Assembly: GCA_030427685.1 (NCBI GenBank)
Contig: JAUIBB010000001.1
Span: forward strand, 1-53,257
Length of the DNA stretch: 53,257 nucleotides
Reading direction: 5' to 3'
Source of the DNA: Alphaproteobacteria bacterium
Lineage (GTDB): Bacteria > Pseudomonadota > Alphaproteobacteria > Rickettsiales > UBA3002
Part shown: positions 39,198-49,881 of the stretch, in pieces
How the letters are laid out: each line of letters starts with the position of its first letter
How positions within the stretch are numbered: the stretch's first letter is position 1
Made by a program: the position numbers and the translations under genes
The notes under the pieces: model-generated
What the model was told of the DNA's origin: nothing
What the model saw: the letters and a program-made list of their open reading frames with translations, nothing else
The model's database searches: none

Positions 39198-40209
39198 TGC
39201 TGATGGGGTGCTGCGCGCGCCGCTGAAGGTTGGCGCAGTCATGGTGCATGGCGCAGATGCTGGTCAGGTGCGTCAGCGCGCCGCACAATTTGCAGAGCAC
39301 TGGCTGGGCACGGGGGCCGATAGCATGGCACGGTGCGAGCTTTCTGCCGATCAGGTAAAGGAAGACCCTGCCCTGTTGGCCGATGAGCTGGCCGCCATGT
39401 CGTTAATGGCCCCGCGCCGGGTGATTCTTGTCCGTGAGGTTAGCGACGCATTGTTGGCGCCCATAGAGGCGGCCCTTGCGGGGCGTGCCAGCCAGAATTT
39501 TCTGGTGCTCTACAGTACGGAGCCCCTCCCTGCGACCAGTAAACTGCGGGTTTGGGGGGAGCGTTCCGCCGACGTGGCCAGTATTGCCTTGTATAAAGAT
39601 GAAGGCGCGGGGTTAGAGCAGTTTATTACGGAGACTCTGCGCGGTTATGGCCTGCGTGCGCCAACCGATGTCTTGCGCTATCTTGCTGGCCAGCTTTCTG
39701 GCGACCGTCAAATCATTGTGAATGAGCTGGAGAAGCTCTCCCTCTATCTGGGAGATGAGGCAGAGACCGTAACGATGGAAGAAGCAGTTGCTGCCGTTGG
39801 TGAGAATAACGACCAGTCATTTGATGCCCTCGGGGCCGCAGTGGCAGGAGGTGATATGGTCGCCCTGTGCCGGTTGAGTGACCGACTGTTGCTTGAGGGC
39901 AACCCCGGCCTGTTGCTGGTGCGCAGTCTCATGCGCTACTTCAATAGGTTAGAGGCTGTCGCTTTGCGTCGTTCCGAGGGGATGAGTCTCGATGCTGCGA
40001 TCGATGGGCTGCGCCCCCCTGTTTTCTTCAAAGCGAAGCCCGCCCTGAAGGCGCATGCGCAGAAATGGACGGCAGAGGCCTGTGCCACGGCGCTGGCCCG
40101 TTTGCAGATGCTTGAGCTTGATAGTAAGCGTCACAGCGATGCATCCCTCACCCGCATGGCGCAGGGATTTATGGACATCGCCCGTTTGCCACCACGTCGG
40201 GCGGCCTAA
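39178..40209 (+). CDS. holA: DNA polymerase III subunit delta
   Basis: 343 aa. Conserved leuS-lptE-holA order and a delta-subunit-like helical C-terminal domain. Confidence 0.8.
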   Translation: MKLSARDADGVLRAPLKVGAVMVHGADAGQVRQRAAQFAEHWLGTGADSMARCELSADQVKEDPALLADELAAMSLMAPRRVILVREVSDALLAPIEAALAGRASQNFLVLYSTEPLPATSKLRVWGERSADVASIALYKDEGAGLEQFITETLRGYGLRAPTDVLRYLAGQLSGDRQIIVNELEKLSLYLGDEAETVTMEEAVAAVGENNDQSFDALGAAVAGGDMVALCRLSDRLLLEGNPGLLLVRSLMRYFNRLEAVALRRSEGMSLDAAIDGLRPPVFFKAKPALKAHAQKWTAEACATALARLQMLELDSKRHSDASLTRMAQGFMDIARLPPRRAA

Positions 40210-40236
40210 TAAGCTGAAAAAGAATTAAATATCCTG

Positions 40237-41211
40237 CTATATTCCACCGCCGAGGCGTCGGAGAATATCATCGAGCTGCACCAGCGTATCGTAGCTGATA
40301 ATGACATCACCAGCCTGTCCACTGCGTTGGGTGATACTGACGCGCAGGCCAAGATTTTCTGCCAGCATCGACTCAAGCTGCACGACATCCTCACTTTTTC
40401 CTGCCGTGCCACCACGCGCATTCCGTGCGCCGCGGCCATAGCCGCCGGGTGTTGGGGGCAGTTGATCCATGCCTGGCTCAGGCGGTTGTACGGGCACAAT
40501 GCCTTTGGCCATTTCTTCTGCCTGACGCACGGAGAGCCCGATTTCGACAATCTTTTGCGCAAGCTCTTCGGGATCTTTTGCCATCAGCAGCGCACGCGCG
40601 TGCCCCATGGTTAATTCACCCGTGTCGATCCGCGCCTTGATGCTGTCTGGAAGTCTAAGCAAACGCAGTAGGTTAGCGATATGGCTCCGGCTTTTTCCAA
40701 CAACAGGGGCAAGTTTTTCCTGTGTATAGCCAAATTCATCCATAAGTCTTTGATACCCTGCAGCCTCTTCCAGTGGATTAAGGTCGGCGCGCTGGATGTT
40801 TTCAATCAACCCCAATTCGAGGGCTTCTGAATCGCTCACGTCACGAATAATGACTGGGACTTCCTGCAAATTGGCTAGCTTTGCCGCACGCCAGCGCCGC
40901 TCTCCAGCAATGATTTCGTAGCGATCGGATGCAATGGCGCGTACGACAATCGGCTGCATCAGGCCGTGACGCTCAATTGAGTCCGCTAATTCCGCCAGAT
41001 ATTCTTCATCAAAATGCCGCCGTGGCTGGTACTTTCCTGGCGTTAGCGCGGCCACGGGCAAATGGTCTGGCGCCCGCTCCGGGGCGATTGCCGCAATGTC
41101 TTTCGAGGCGCTTGGCTTCTTGGTGGTGGTTGCGGGTGCGCTGTCACCCATTAATGCGGAGAGCCCCTTGCCGAGGCCTTTCTTTGCTGGTTGTGCCATA
41201 GGTCTTGCCAC
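40237..41211 (-). CDS. parB: Chromosome partitioning protein ParB
   Basis: KKGLGKGLSAL, ParB box GERRWRAA, HTH LAPVVGKSRSHIANLLRLL. Confidence 0.93.
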   Translation of the reverse strand: MARPMAQPAKKGLGKGLSALMGDSAPATTTKKPSASKDIAAIAPERAPDHLPVAALTPGKYQPRRHFDEEYLAELADSIERHGLMQPIVVRAIASDRYEIIAGERRWRAAKLANLQEVPVIIRDVSDSEALELGLIENIQRADLNPLEEAAGYQRLMDEFGYTQEKLAPVVGKSRSHIANLLRLLRLPDSIKARIDTGELTMGHARALLMAKDPEELAQKIVEIGLSVRQAEEMAKGIVPVQPPEPGMDQLPPTPGGYGRGARNARGGTAGKSEDVVQLESMLAENLGLRVSITQRSGQAGDVIISYDTLVQLDDILRRLGGGI

Positions 41212-41229
41212 CTTTCTAAGTTATTGTTT

Positions 41230-42021
41230 TTATGCTGCCTGACGGGTGGCAGCGAATTTTCTTTCGCGCTGAATCAGCTCCCGCGCGAGGCTGAGATATG
41301 CCTGACTGCCGACGCATTTAAGATCATAGACCAGTGCCGGCTTCCCGTGGCTTGGCGCCTCGGACATACGCACATTGCGAGGAATAACTGTCTTATAGAC
41401 ATCGGTTCCCAGGAAGCTGCGCACGTCTTTTTCAATTTGCTCGGTCAATTTATTGCGACGATCGTACATGGTGAGTACCACGCCATGAATCCGGATCGAT
41501 GGATTCAGGCTTGCCTGAATCATTTTAACGGTTTTCAGCAGATGGCTGAGGCCTTCCAATGCAAAAAACTCGCATTGAAGGGGAATCAGCACGGCATCGC
41601 TGGCAGTGAGGGCGTTAATGGTCAGCAGTCCCAACGAAGGAGGACAGTCAATAATAGCGTAATCCCAAGTGGTTGGCATATCTGCAAAGGCACGTTTGAG
41701 CTGGAACTCGCGCTTCTCCATCATTACGAGCTCGATCTCAGCGCCGGAGAGGTCGATCGTTGCCGGCATGATCGAGAGGCGTGGAATGGCTGTTTTCAGC
41801 GAGGCCTCTGCCAGCGAGGCGGAGCCAATCAACACGTCGTAGGAGGTGTGGGTGCGCTCGGAAAGTTCAATCCCAAGGCCGGTGGACGCATTGCCCTGTG
41901 GGTCGAGGTCGATCAACAGGACGCGTTTGCCGATGGCAGCCAGTGCGGTAGCCATGTTGATGGCCGTGGTGGTTTTGCCCACGCCACCTTTCTGATTTAC
42001 TACGGAGATAATACGGGTCAT
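41230..42021 (-). CDS. parA: Chromosome partitioning ATPase ParA
   Basis: Deviant Walker A NQKGGVGKTTT. The ATG at 42021 overlaps the rsmG stop (ATGA). Confidence 0.94.
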   Translation of the reverse strand: MTRIISVVNQKGGVGKTTTAINMATALAAIGKRVLLIDLDPQGNASTGLGIELSERTHTSYDVLIGSASLAEASLKTAIPRLSIMPATIDLSGAEIELVMMEKREFQLKRAFADMPTTWDYAIIDCPPSLGLLTINALTASDAVLIPLQCEFFALEGLSHLLKTVKMIQASLNPSIRIHGVVLTMYDRRNKLTEQIEKDVRSFLGTDVYKTVIPRNVRMSEAPSHGKPALVYDLKCVGSQAYLSLARELIQRERKFAATRQAA

Positions 42022-42650
42022 GATTGCTCTGCGTTGCTGGTTGTTGACAGTTTCGTTATCGAAATTATCGAGGATTCTTCTTTGGTCGCGCTGTGGATAA
42101 TCTGAAAATCTCCAGCCCATTTCTTGCGCGCTTCGGCTACTTCATTAGCGAAGTTTTGTCCCTTTGGGAAGAGGCAAGTTGCACCGGGCAAAAGCCGCGG
42201 ATAGGCGAAGGCGCACAGCGCCTCAAGGGGCGCCAGCGCTCGTGCTGTAATAAGGGAAAAACGTTCTTCCACCCGGTGAATATCAAGGGCGAGCACGCGG
42301 GTATTGGTCAGGGAGAGCTGGGCGCAGACCTCTTGTAAAAATGCTGCTTTGCGTTGGTCTTGCTCGATCAGCGTCATCTGAATATCCGGGCGGACAATGG
42401 CCAGCACCATGCCCGGAAGCCCAGCGCCACTGCCAAAATCTGCGACAGTAGTGGTCTCTGGAGGGATGAGCGGCAAGAGCTGGAGGCTATCCGCGATATG
42501 GCGATCCCAAATTGTGCGCTCTGTAGATTTCCCGATGAGATTGATCGCCCGATTCCATTTTTGGAGAAGGGCGACATAGCGCTCAAGGAGAGGGGATGTT
42601 TCACGTGAAACATTTTGCGTCGAATCGGCGAACTGAGAGGTGGTCATCAT
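42018..42650 (-). CDS. rsmG: 16S rRNA (guanine527-N7)-methyltransferase
   Basis: VSRET...LLQKWN..INL, DFGSGAGLPG SAM motif. Start placed at ATGATG 42650/42647. The longer ORF start is created by a parS palindrome. Confidence 0.9.
   Translation of the reverse strand: MMTTSQFADSTQNVSRETSPLLERYVALLQKWNRAINLIGKSTERTIWDRHIADSLQLLPLIPPETTTVADFGSGAGLPGMVLAIVRPDIQMTLIEQDQRKAAFLQEVCAQLSLTNTRVLALDIHRVEERFSLITARALAPLEALCAFAYPRLLPGATCLFPKGQNFANEVAEARKKWAGDFQIIHSATKEESSIISITKLSTTSNAEQS
42597..42612. promoter_or_regulatory. parS site 1 (TGTTTCACGTGAAACA), inside rsmG
   Basis: Perfect 16-bp palindrome matching the canonical parS consensus tGTTnCACGTGAAACa. Confidence 0.85.
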
Positions 42651-42699
42651 GGGCGGAGCGAACAGTACAAGATTTTTAGACAGCTTCCAACCGTAAAAA

Positions 42700-42715
42700 T
42701 GTTTCACGTGAAACA
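42700..42715. promoter_or_regulatory. parS site 2 (TGTTTCACGTGAAACA), rsmG-mnmG spacer
   Basis: Perfect 16-bp palindrome. Confidence 0.85.
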
Positions 42716-42760
42716 ATCTGAGGCAAATTTTCTATCCAAAGGATTTCAGGAGACAGAAAT

Positions 42761-42776
42761 TGTTCCACGTGAAACA
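42761..42776. promoter_or_regulatory. parS site 3 (TGTTCCACGTGAAACA), rsmG-mnmG spacer
   Basis: Identical to the classical Bacillus-type parS 16-mer. Confidence 0.85.
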
Positions 42777-42806
42777 TTTTCGTATCGCGATAGCCTCAAA
42801 AACAGA

Positions 42807-44669
42807 TCAAGCGGCGTATTGATGGCGCTTAAGATGGGTCAGGATGGCCATCAGGGCTGCCGGGGTGACGCCAGGGATACGACTGGCCGCGCCAATGGAG
42901 GCTGGTTTCGTCGCGATCAGCTTGTGGCGCACTTCATTGGAGAGCGATCCTACGGCGCCATAATCAAATTCACTGGGGATGGCGAGTGCTTCATCCTTTC
43001 GGAACATCTCGATATCGCTTTGCTGGCGTGCCAGATAGCCATGGTAGAGGGCTTCAATTTCAACCTGTTCCTGAATATCCGGGCGGACGCTCGCCAGCTG
43101 TGGCCAGAGCGCTTTCAGGTCGTCGAAAGAGACCGATTCATAGCCCAGCAGTTCCAGGGCAGAGCGTTTTACGCCATCCATGGTAATGGAAATGCCATGT
43201 TCTTTTGCTTTGTTGGGAGAAATTGTTTCACGTGAAACAGTGGCAATGGCCTCATTAAGCAGCCGTTGCTTTTCTTCAAAGGCAGCCTTGCGTTCACTAC
43301 CAATGGCGCCAATCGCAATGCCAAGGCCTGTCAGGCGAATGTCTGCATTGTCTGGGCGTAGCGAGAGCCGGTATTCCGAGCGCGACGTAAACATCCGGTA
43401 AGGCTCTTGGGTGCCGTGGGTAATTAAATCATCGATCATCACGCCAATATAGGCCTGGCTACGATCAATGGTGAAGGGGGCGCTGTTGCTTGCGGCCAGT
43501 GCTGCATTCAGCCCGGCCACAATGCCCTGGCCGCCGACCTCTTCATAGCCGGTAGTGCCGTTGATCTGGCCTGCAAGGTAGAGCCCGTGTACTTTCTTTG
43601 TCTCCAGCGTAGGCTTTAATTCACGCGGATCAACATAGTCATACTCAATTGCATAGCCATAGCGAATGACCTTTGCCGCCTCTAATCCGGGAATAGAGGC
43701 GATCATTTGTGCCTGTACTTCTTCAGGCAGAGAGGTCGAGATCCCATTGGGGTAGACGGTGCTATCGTCCAGCCCTTCAGGTTCAAGGAAAATCTGATGC
43801 CGTTCGCGGTCTGCAAAGCGTACGACTTTATCTTCAATCGAGGGGCAGTAGCGTGGCCCAGTCGATTGGATTTGCCCAGAATACATCGGCGAGCGGTGGA
43901 TGTTTTCACGAATAAGGGCGTGGGTTTCAGGTGTGGTATGGGTGATATAGCACTGGATTTGTGGGACGCGTACCGTATCCGTCAGGTAAGAGAAGGGGCG
44001 CGGCGGGTTGTCGCCGGGCTGGGGCGTCAGCTGGTGCCAGGCGATGCTGTCGCCATCGATCCGTGCCGGTGTGCCGGTTTTTAACCGTCCCATGGTAAAG
44101 CCAATGCGGTGGAGTGAATCGGCCAGCGGTATAGAAGGTGCCTCGCCAAAACGCCCGGCCGCGCGCTGGTGCTCTCCCTGATGGATCAATCCATTAAGGA
44201 AGGTGCCGGTGGTCAGCACCACCTGGCGGGTTGCATAGCGAGTGCCAGAGGCGCCGATCACCGCATGGATGGCGCCATCCTCAATGACAAGATCGTCCGC
44301 CGCGTCCTCGATAATGGTCAGGTTTTCATATTCCCCGAGGATGGACTGGATCGCTTCACGGTAAAGCTTGCGGTCGGCCTGCGCGCGTGGGCCACGTACG
44401 GCTGGGCCTTTGCTGGCATTGAGCATGCGGTAGTGAATGCCCGCCCGATCGATAGCGCGCCCCATCACCCCATCCAGCGCGTCGATTTCGCGGACGAGGG
44501 TGCCTTTAGCAATGCCACCAATTGCCGGATTGCACGACATTTCGCCAACGGTGGCCTTTTTATGGGTGAGGAGGCAGGTCTTTGCGCCCAGCCGCGCGGC
44601 CGCCGCCGCCGCTTCGGTGCCAGCATGGCCGCCGCCGATGATAATGACATCAAATTCCATACGATTCAT
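42807..44669 (-). CDS. mnmG: tRNA uridine 5-carboxymethylaminomethyl modification enzyme MnmG (GidA)
   Basis: [19 protein letters not shown] motif, 620 aa, highly conserved throughout. Confidence 0.97.
   Translation of the reverse strand: MNRMEFDVIIIGGGHAGTEAAAAAARLGAKTCLLTHKKATVGEMSCNPAIGGIAKGTLVREIDALDGVMGRAIDRAGIHYRMLNASKGPAVRGPRAQADRKLYREAIQSILGEYENLTIIEDAADDLVIEDGAIHAVIGASGTRYATRQVVLTTGTFLNGLIHQGEHQRAAGRFGEAPSIPLADSLHRIGFTMGRLKTGTPARIDGDSIAWHQLTPQPGDNPPRPFSYLTDTVRVPQIQCYITHTTPETHALIRENIHRSPMYSGQIQSTGPRYCPSIEDKVVRFADRERHQIFLEPEGLDDSTVYPNGISTSLPEEVQAQMIASIPGLEAAKVIRYGYAIEYDYVDPRELKPTLETKKVHGLYLAGQINGTTGYEEVGGQGIVAGLNAALAASNSAPFTIDRSQAYIGVMIDDLITHGTQEPYRMFTSRSEYRLSLRPDNADIRLTGLGIAIGAIGSERKAAFEEKQRLLNEAIATVSRETISPNKAKEHGISITMDGVKRSALELLGYESVSFDDLKALWPQLASVRPDIQEQVEIEALYHGYLARQQSDIEMFRKDEALAIPSEFDYGAVGSLSNEVRHKLIATKPASIGAASRIPGVTPAALMAILTHLKRHQYAA
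43224..43239. promoter_or_regulatory. parS site 4 (TGTTTCACGTGAAACA), inside the 3' part of mnmG
   Basis: Perfect 16-bp palindrome. Confidence 0.85.
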
Positions 44670-44735
44670 GGCCTTACCACCAAAGCTGTAGACGTGAGAT
44701 TACCTGAAATATTTCGATTAAGCGCTTATTATGCC

Positions 44736-46067
44736 TCATTTGCCGATACAAAAACGGCTGAAAACAAGGTCCAGTACATCATCTACCGCAATTTTTCCAG
44801 TAATTTTGCCAATGGCACGGGCGGTGAGCCTCAACTCTTCGCAAATTAATTCGAGCGGCGCATGCGGATCAAAACGGCGGATAGTCGCCAGCGCGTCTGC
44901 AAGTGCTTCGCGATGGCGATGGCGGGTAATGACGGGTGGGGTGTGATGCTCCATCCGGGCGATGATCTGCTCGGTCAGTGCGTCAATCAGGGCCGTGATA
45001 CCTTCTCCCGTCGCCGCCGAAATCAGAAGGTAGGGAAAGGGAAGGGTGGGGGCAGCCTTAGCAAGGTCGGATTTATTGAGGACCACAAGACCCGGGGTTG
45101 GAGCCTGTGCGGCATGGTCACGCAGTGCGGCGGTGTCCGAAACATCGTAAAGGTAAAGCGTGAGGTCGGCCTGCGCGGCGCGCGTACGGGCGCGGCGGAT
45201 ACCTTCGGCCTCAACCGCGCCGCCAGCCTCGCGCAGCCCGGCGGTATCCACCATCGTCACAGCGTATCCGGCGATTTCCATCGGCACTTCAATCAGGTCG
45301 CGGGTGGTGCCGGCCTCGGGCGAGACAATGGCCGCCTCGCGCTTTGCCAGTATATTTAACAGGCTGGATTTTCCGGCATTCGGGGGGCCGAGGATGACGA
45401 TGTCCAGCCCCTCGCGGGTTTTTTCGCCAATGCTGCCATCATCAAGCAGCCGGGTCAGCTGTTCGGTGAGGCTGGCAACTCGGGTGCGCATCTGCGTGAG
45501 GACGCTCTCGGGAATTTCTTCGTCGGGGAAGTCAATATAGGCCTCCAGCAACGCGAGCGGTTCAAGAATGGACTGGCGCAACGCCTCAACCTGTTCCGAG
45601 TTTGCGCCTCCCAACTGCCGCACTGCCTGTGCATGTTGGGCACGGGTTTCGGCGTCGATCAGGTCGGCCAGCCCTTCGGCCTGCGCGAGGTCGAGCTTGC
45701 CAGCAAGAAATGCGCGACGGGCAAACTCTCCTGCTTCCGCAAGGCGACAGCCGGGGGCGGCTTGTAATGCCTCAAGGAGCAGTTTTGTGACGGCGCGGCT
45801 GCCGTGGGTATGCAACTCCACCACATCCTCGCCAGTGAACGAATATGGTGCCGGGAAAAAAAGTGCGAGCGCCTGATCGAGCACTGCCCCTTGCGGCGTC
45901 TTTAAATGCACCAGTGTTGCGATTCGCGGAAGCAGCGGTTTCGTCACGCCAAGATGCGCGAGCGCGCCCTGTGCCGCCGCACCGCTGATGCGAAATACCG
46001 CGACGCCCGCCTTACCGGGTGCCGAGGCAAGCGCGTAGATCGTTGAGGCTGTGGATAAGTTGTCCAT
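44736..46067 (-). CDS. mnmE: tRNA modification GTPase MnmE (TrmE)
   Basis: G1 GPPNAGKSSL, G3 DTAG, NKSD, and the C-terminal FCIGK motif. Confidence 0.95.
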   Translation of the reverse strand: MDNLSTASTIYALASAPGKAGVAVFRISGAAAQGALAHLGVTKPLLPRIATLVHLKTPQGAVLDQALALFFPAPYSFTGEDVVELHTHGSRAVTKLLLEALQAAPGCRLAEAGEFARRAFLAGKLDLAQAEGLADLIDAETRAQHAQAVRQLGGANSEQVEALRQSILEPLALLEAYIDFPDEEIPESVLTQMRTRVASLTEQLTRLLDDGSIGEKTREGLDIVILGPPNAGKSSLLNILAKREAAIVSPEAGTTRDLIEVPMEIAGYAVTMVDTAGLREAGGAVEAEGIRRARTRAAQADLTLYLYDVSDTAALRDHAAQAPTPGLVVLNKSDLAKAAPTLPFPYLLISAATGEGITALIDALTEQIIARMEHHTPPVITRHRHREALADALATIRRFDPHAPLELICEELRLTARAIGKITGKIAVDDVLDLVFSRFCIGK

Positions 46068-46127
46068 GCCGGGCGTTTAGGGGGATTCCGCTACGGATGC
46101 AATGATTAATGACAGCGGCGTCATACC

Positions 46128-47717
46128 CTACGCGTCGAAGGCGGCGTTGAAGAGGGCTTGCGTATAGGGATGTTGAGGGGTCTGGAATAGCGCCTCGGCG
46201 GGGCCTTGCTCTACCATGCGCCCGGCTTTGAGCACCAGCACCTGATGCGAAACCGCGCGGATCACGCGCAGATCATGGCTAATCAGCAAATACGAAACCC
46301 CATGTTCGATTTGTAATGTCCGCAGCAAATCCAGCACTTGTTTTTGCACGGTCATATCCAATGCGCTGGTCGGCTCATCGAGCACGACCAGTTTGGGCTT
46401 GAGGATCATTGCCCGGGCGATTGCGATGCGTTGCCGCTGGCCGCCGGAGAACTCATGCGGATAGCGATGTTTCATATCGGTGGTGAGGCCTACCTGAAGC
46501 AGGATCGCATCGACGGCATCGCTGATCTCCTGCGAGGTTTTTCCCCGGCTTGGGGCCGCATGTACCCGCAGCCCTTCAGCGACCAGTTCGCCGACGGTCA
46601 TGCGCGGGTTCAGGCTGCCGTAAGGATCCTGAAACACCAGCTGCATAGCGCGGCGCAGTGGACGCATGTGGCGTCGATCCAGCATGTCGAGCCGGTCTCC
46701 TAAAAACACGATGGGGCCGGTGCTCTTGATCAGCCGCAAAATGGCAAGGCAAAGCGAGGTCTTTCCCGAACCAGACTCGCCCACAATTCCAAGGGTCTCA
46801 CCGGTACGCAGGGTAAGGCTCACCTGATCGACGGCGCGTGTTTCGCGACGGGTGCGGCGTAGCAGCGGGGATTTGATCGGGAAGGCAACCGTCAGCGCAT
46901 CGGTCTCTAGCAAGGGCGCGGCGTCGGGCGCAATGGGTGCAGCGGTACCATGCGGTGCCGAAGCAAGCAGAAGCTGGGTATAGGGGTGTTGCGCGTGCGT
47001 AAAAATAGCATCCACCGATCCGGTTTCCACCACCTTTCCTTCGCGCAGCACATACACGCGATCCGCAAAGGCGCGCACCATCGGCAGGTCGTGGGTAATG
47101 AAAAGCATGCCCATTCCGTGCTGGGCTTGCAGCGATTTCAGCAGATCCAGAATTTGCCGTTGGAGGGTGACATCCAGCGCGGTGGTGGGCTCGTCGGCAA
47201 TGAGCAGGGCGGGGTCGTTGGCGATGGCCATCGCAATCATCGCCCGCTGGCGCTCGCCGCCGGAGAGTTGATGCGGATAGAGCGTGCCGCGGTCTACCAG
47301 ATGGCCCAGCCCGACAACCCCCATCAGCTCTGTCAGCCGTTGGTGTGCCTGCGGACTATGCCGGGAAATGCGATGATGAATGCAGTAAGGCTCGATCACT
47401 TGCCGCTGGATTGTATGCAGCGGATTGAGGGCAGACATTGGCTCCTGAAAAATCATGCCGATGCGGTTGCCGCGATACTGGGCAATGTCGGCCTCGGATT
47501 TATCGGAAAGTGTTTCCCCCTCGAAGCGAATGGTGCCCTGCGTGGCAGCGTTACCGGGCAGGAGCTTGAGGATGGCCGAGGCAGTCAGCGATTTTCCCGA
47601 GCCGGATTCGCCGACCACGGCGACAATCTCACCGCGCGCAATCTGTAACGATAGGTCGCGCACAACATGGCTATCGCCAAAATAAATCGAGAGATTATCG
47701 ATGGAGAGCAGGGTCAT
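46128..47717 (-). CDS. yejF: ABC transporter ATP-binding protein with duplicated ATPase domains (YejF-like, peptide/microcin C-type importer)
   Basis: Two Walker A motifs (GESGSGKS twice) and two LSGG signatures. Confidence 0.88.
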   Translation of the reverse strand: MTLLSIDNLSIYFGDSHVVRDLSLQIARGEIVAVVGESGSGKSLTASAILKLLPGNAATQGTIRFEGETLSDKSEADIAQYRGNRIGMIFQEPMSALNPLHTIQRQVIEPYCIHHRISRHSPQAHQRLTELMGVVGLGHLVDRGTLYPHQLSGGERQRAMIAMAIANDPALLIADEPTTALDVTLQRQILDLLKSLQAQHGMGMLFITHDLPMVRAFADRVYVLREGKVVETGSVDAIFTHAQHPYTQLLLASAPHGTAAPIAPDAAPLLETDALTVAFPIKSPLLRRTRRETRAVDQVSLTLRTGETLGIVGESGSGKTSLCLAILRLIKSTGPIVFLGDRLDMLDRRHMRPLRRAMQLVFQDPYGSLNPRMTVGELVAEGLRVHAAPSRGKTSQEISDAVDAILLQVGLTTDMKHRYPHEFSGGQRQRIAIARAMILKPKLVVLDEPTSALDMTVQKQVLDLLRTLQIEHGVSYLLISHDLRVIRAVSHQVLVLKAGRMVEQGPAEALFQTPQHPYTQALFNAAFDA

Positions 47718-48775
47718 GCCGAGGCTCCTTTTGCTGCCGCGCGACCACGGAAGATTTTGCGCGGATCAAACGCATCACGGACGGCCTCGCCGACGAACAG
47801 CCATAGCGACAGCATGGTCGCCAGTACGAAGAAGCCAATCATCCCAATCCATGGCGATTGCGGATTATTTTTTCCCTGTGCGAGCAACTCGCCCAGCGAG
47901 GGCGACCCGCTCGGCAGGCCAAATCCCAAAAAGTCGAGTGCAGCCAGTGTCGTAAGCGCGCCCGTCACCATAAAGGGCAGGAAAGTAAACACCGAGACCA
48001 GTGCATTTGGTAATACATGGCGGCGTAAAATGGTCATCTCTGGCACGCCCAGCGCGCGCGCGGCACGCACATAATCGAAGTTTCGTGCGCGGAGAAATTC
48101 GGCGCGCACCACATCAATCAGCGCCATCCAGCGGAACAGCAGCATCAGCAGCAGAATCCACCAGAAGCCGGGGACAACAATGGAGGAGAGGATAATCAGC
48201 AGAAACAGCATCGGGATCCCCTCCCAGATCTCGATAAAGCGTTGCAGCAGGAGATCCAGCACGCCACCATAATAGCCCGAGAGCGCTCCGAGTGTGATCC
48301 CAATCGCGCTGCTGATACTGACCAGCAGCAGGGCAAAAATCATCGACAGGCGGAAGCCATAAATAACGCGGGAGAGAATATCGCGCGCCTGATCGTCGGT
48401 GCCGAACAGGTTGTGCCAGTCTGGCGGCGAGGGCGCGCGGGTCACGTCGAAATTGATGGTGCGGTAGCTATAGGGAATCGGCGCGCGCAGCATCCAGCCA
48501 TCACGCTCGATTTCATGGATGACCCAGGGGTCGTTGTAATCAATCTCACTCTCTAGCTGGCCACCTTCCAGCGTGTCCTTTTCGACATAACGGTGGATTG
48601 CAGGCAGCAGCAGCTCGCCATTGTAATAGACAAGCAGGGGGCGGTCATTCGCCAGCAATTCGGCAAACAGCGTAACGAGAAACAGGCCCAGCAGGATCAG
48701 GGCGCTGTAATAGCCACGACGATTGGCCTTAAAGGTGGCAATTCGGCGGCGGGTGATGGGGGAGAGGCGCGTCAT
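47714..48775 (-). CDS. yejE: ABC transporter permease (YejE-like)
   Basis: Oligopeptide-type permease with ATGA overlaps on both sides. Confidence 0.85.
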   Translation of the reverse strand: MTRLSPITRRRIATFKANRRGYYSALILLGLFLVTLFAELLANDRPLLVYYNGELLLPAIHRYVEKDTLEGGQLESEIDYNDPWVIHEIERDGWMLRAPIPYSYRTINFDVTRAPSPPDWHNLFGTDDQARDILSRVIYGFRLSMIFALLLVSISSAIGITLGALSGYYGGVLDLLLQRFIEIWEGIPMLFLLIILSSIVVPGFWWILLLMLLFRWMALIDVVRAEFLRARNFDYVRAARALGVPEMTILRRHVLPNALVSVFTFLPFMVTGALTTLAALDFLGFGLPSGSPSLGELLAQGKNNPQSPWIGMIGFFVLATMLSLWLFVGEAVRDAFDPRKIFRGRAAAKGASA

Positions 48776-49881
48776 GACCGGGCCTCGAAATCAATGCGTG
48801 GATCAATCAGCATGTAGGTAATGTCGCCCAGCAGTTTGAGCACCAGACCAATGAGGGTAAAAATAAACAGCGTGCCGAACATCACCGGATAGTCGCGGCT
48901 GAGTGCAGCTTCAAAGCCCAACAGCCCCAACCCGTCGAGCGAGAAAATAACTTCGATCAGCATCGCGCTGGTAAACAGAATACCCAGAATCGCCGCTGGT
49001 AATCCGGCGATCACGATCAGCATCGCATTGCGGAATACATGGCGATAGAGCACCTGATTCTGTGTCAGCCCTTTCGCGCGTGCGGTCATCACATATTGCT
49101 TGCCGATTTCTTCGATAAACGAGTTCTTGGTCAACAGCGTTAGCGAGGCGAATCCGCCAATCACCATGGCGGTGACCGGCAGCACCATGTGCCAGAGATA
49201 GTCGAGAATCAGTGCCGGTAGCGGCATGCTGCGCCAGCCATCCGAGACCAGTCCGCGCAGCGGGAACCATTGCAGGTAACTACCGCCCGCAAAGACAATC
49301 AACAGCAGCACGGCAAACAGGAAGCCGGGGATGGCCTGTCCGATGACCACCACCGTGGAAGTCCAGATGTCAAACCGTGTGCCATCGCGCACGGCCTTTT
49401 TGATGCCAAGTGGGATCGAGACCAGATAGACAATCAGCGTTGTCCAGAGGCCAAGCGAAATCGAGACGGGCAGCTTCTGCGCAATCAGTTGAATGACGGG
49501 CGTATCGCGGAAGAAGCTATCGCCAAAATCGAACTGTGCGTAGTGCTTGAGCATCAACCAGAAACGCTCGGGCGCTGGTTTGTCAAAGCCGTATTGCTTT
49601 TTGATATCAGCCAGCAGCTCCGGATCAATTCCGACGGCCCCACGGGTTGCGGTGCTATTGGCGTTGTTCAGGTTTGCCGTAGCTGAGGCGCTGGCACCAA
49701 GGTCGCCTCCTCCGGCAAGGCGGCTGCTTGCCGCACCCCCGGCATTGGGAACCGTCAGCGAGACAATCAGCTGTTCGACCGGGCCACCCGGTGCGGCTTG
49801 CACGATCACAAAGTTAATCAGCAGGATGCCAAGTAGGGTGGGAACCATCAGGGCGAGGCGGCGAAGAATATACCAGGTCAT
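48772..49881 (-). CDS. yejB: ABC transporter permease (YejB-like)
   Basis: [19 protein letters not shown] start, typical of DppB/OppB-type permeases. The ATG at 49881 overlaps the yejA stop. Confidence 0.85.
   Translation of the reverse strand: MTWYILRRLALMVPTLLGILLINFVIVQAAPGGPVEQLIVSLTVPNAGGAASSRLAGGGDLGASASATANLNNANSTATRGAVGIDPELLADIKKQYGFDKPAPERFWLMLKHYAQFDFGDSFFRDTPVIQLIAQKLPVSISLGLWTTLIVYLVSIPLGIKKAVRDGTRFDIWTSTVVVIGQAIPGFLFAVLLLIVFAGGSYLQWFPLRGLVSDGWRSMPLPALILDYLWHMVLPVTAMVIGGFASLTLLTKNSFIEEIGKQYVMTARAKGLTQNQVLYRHVFRNAMLIVIAGLPAAILGILFTSAMLIEVIFSLDGLGLLGFEAALSRDYPVMFGTLFIFTLIGLVLKLLGDITYMLIDPRIDFEARS

Noticed and set aside
42651-42716. Longer rsmG start (MFHVKHFYGWKL...).
   Set aside because: The ATG and the first six codons are generated by the parS palindrome aTGTTTCACGTGAAACA. 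The extension adds non-conserved residues, and ATGATG at 42650 gives the usual length of about 210 aa.
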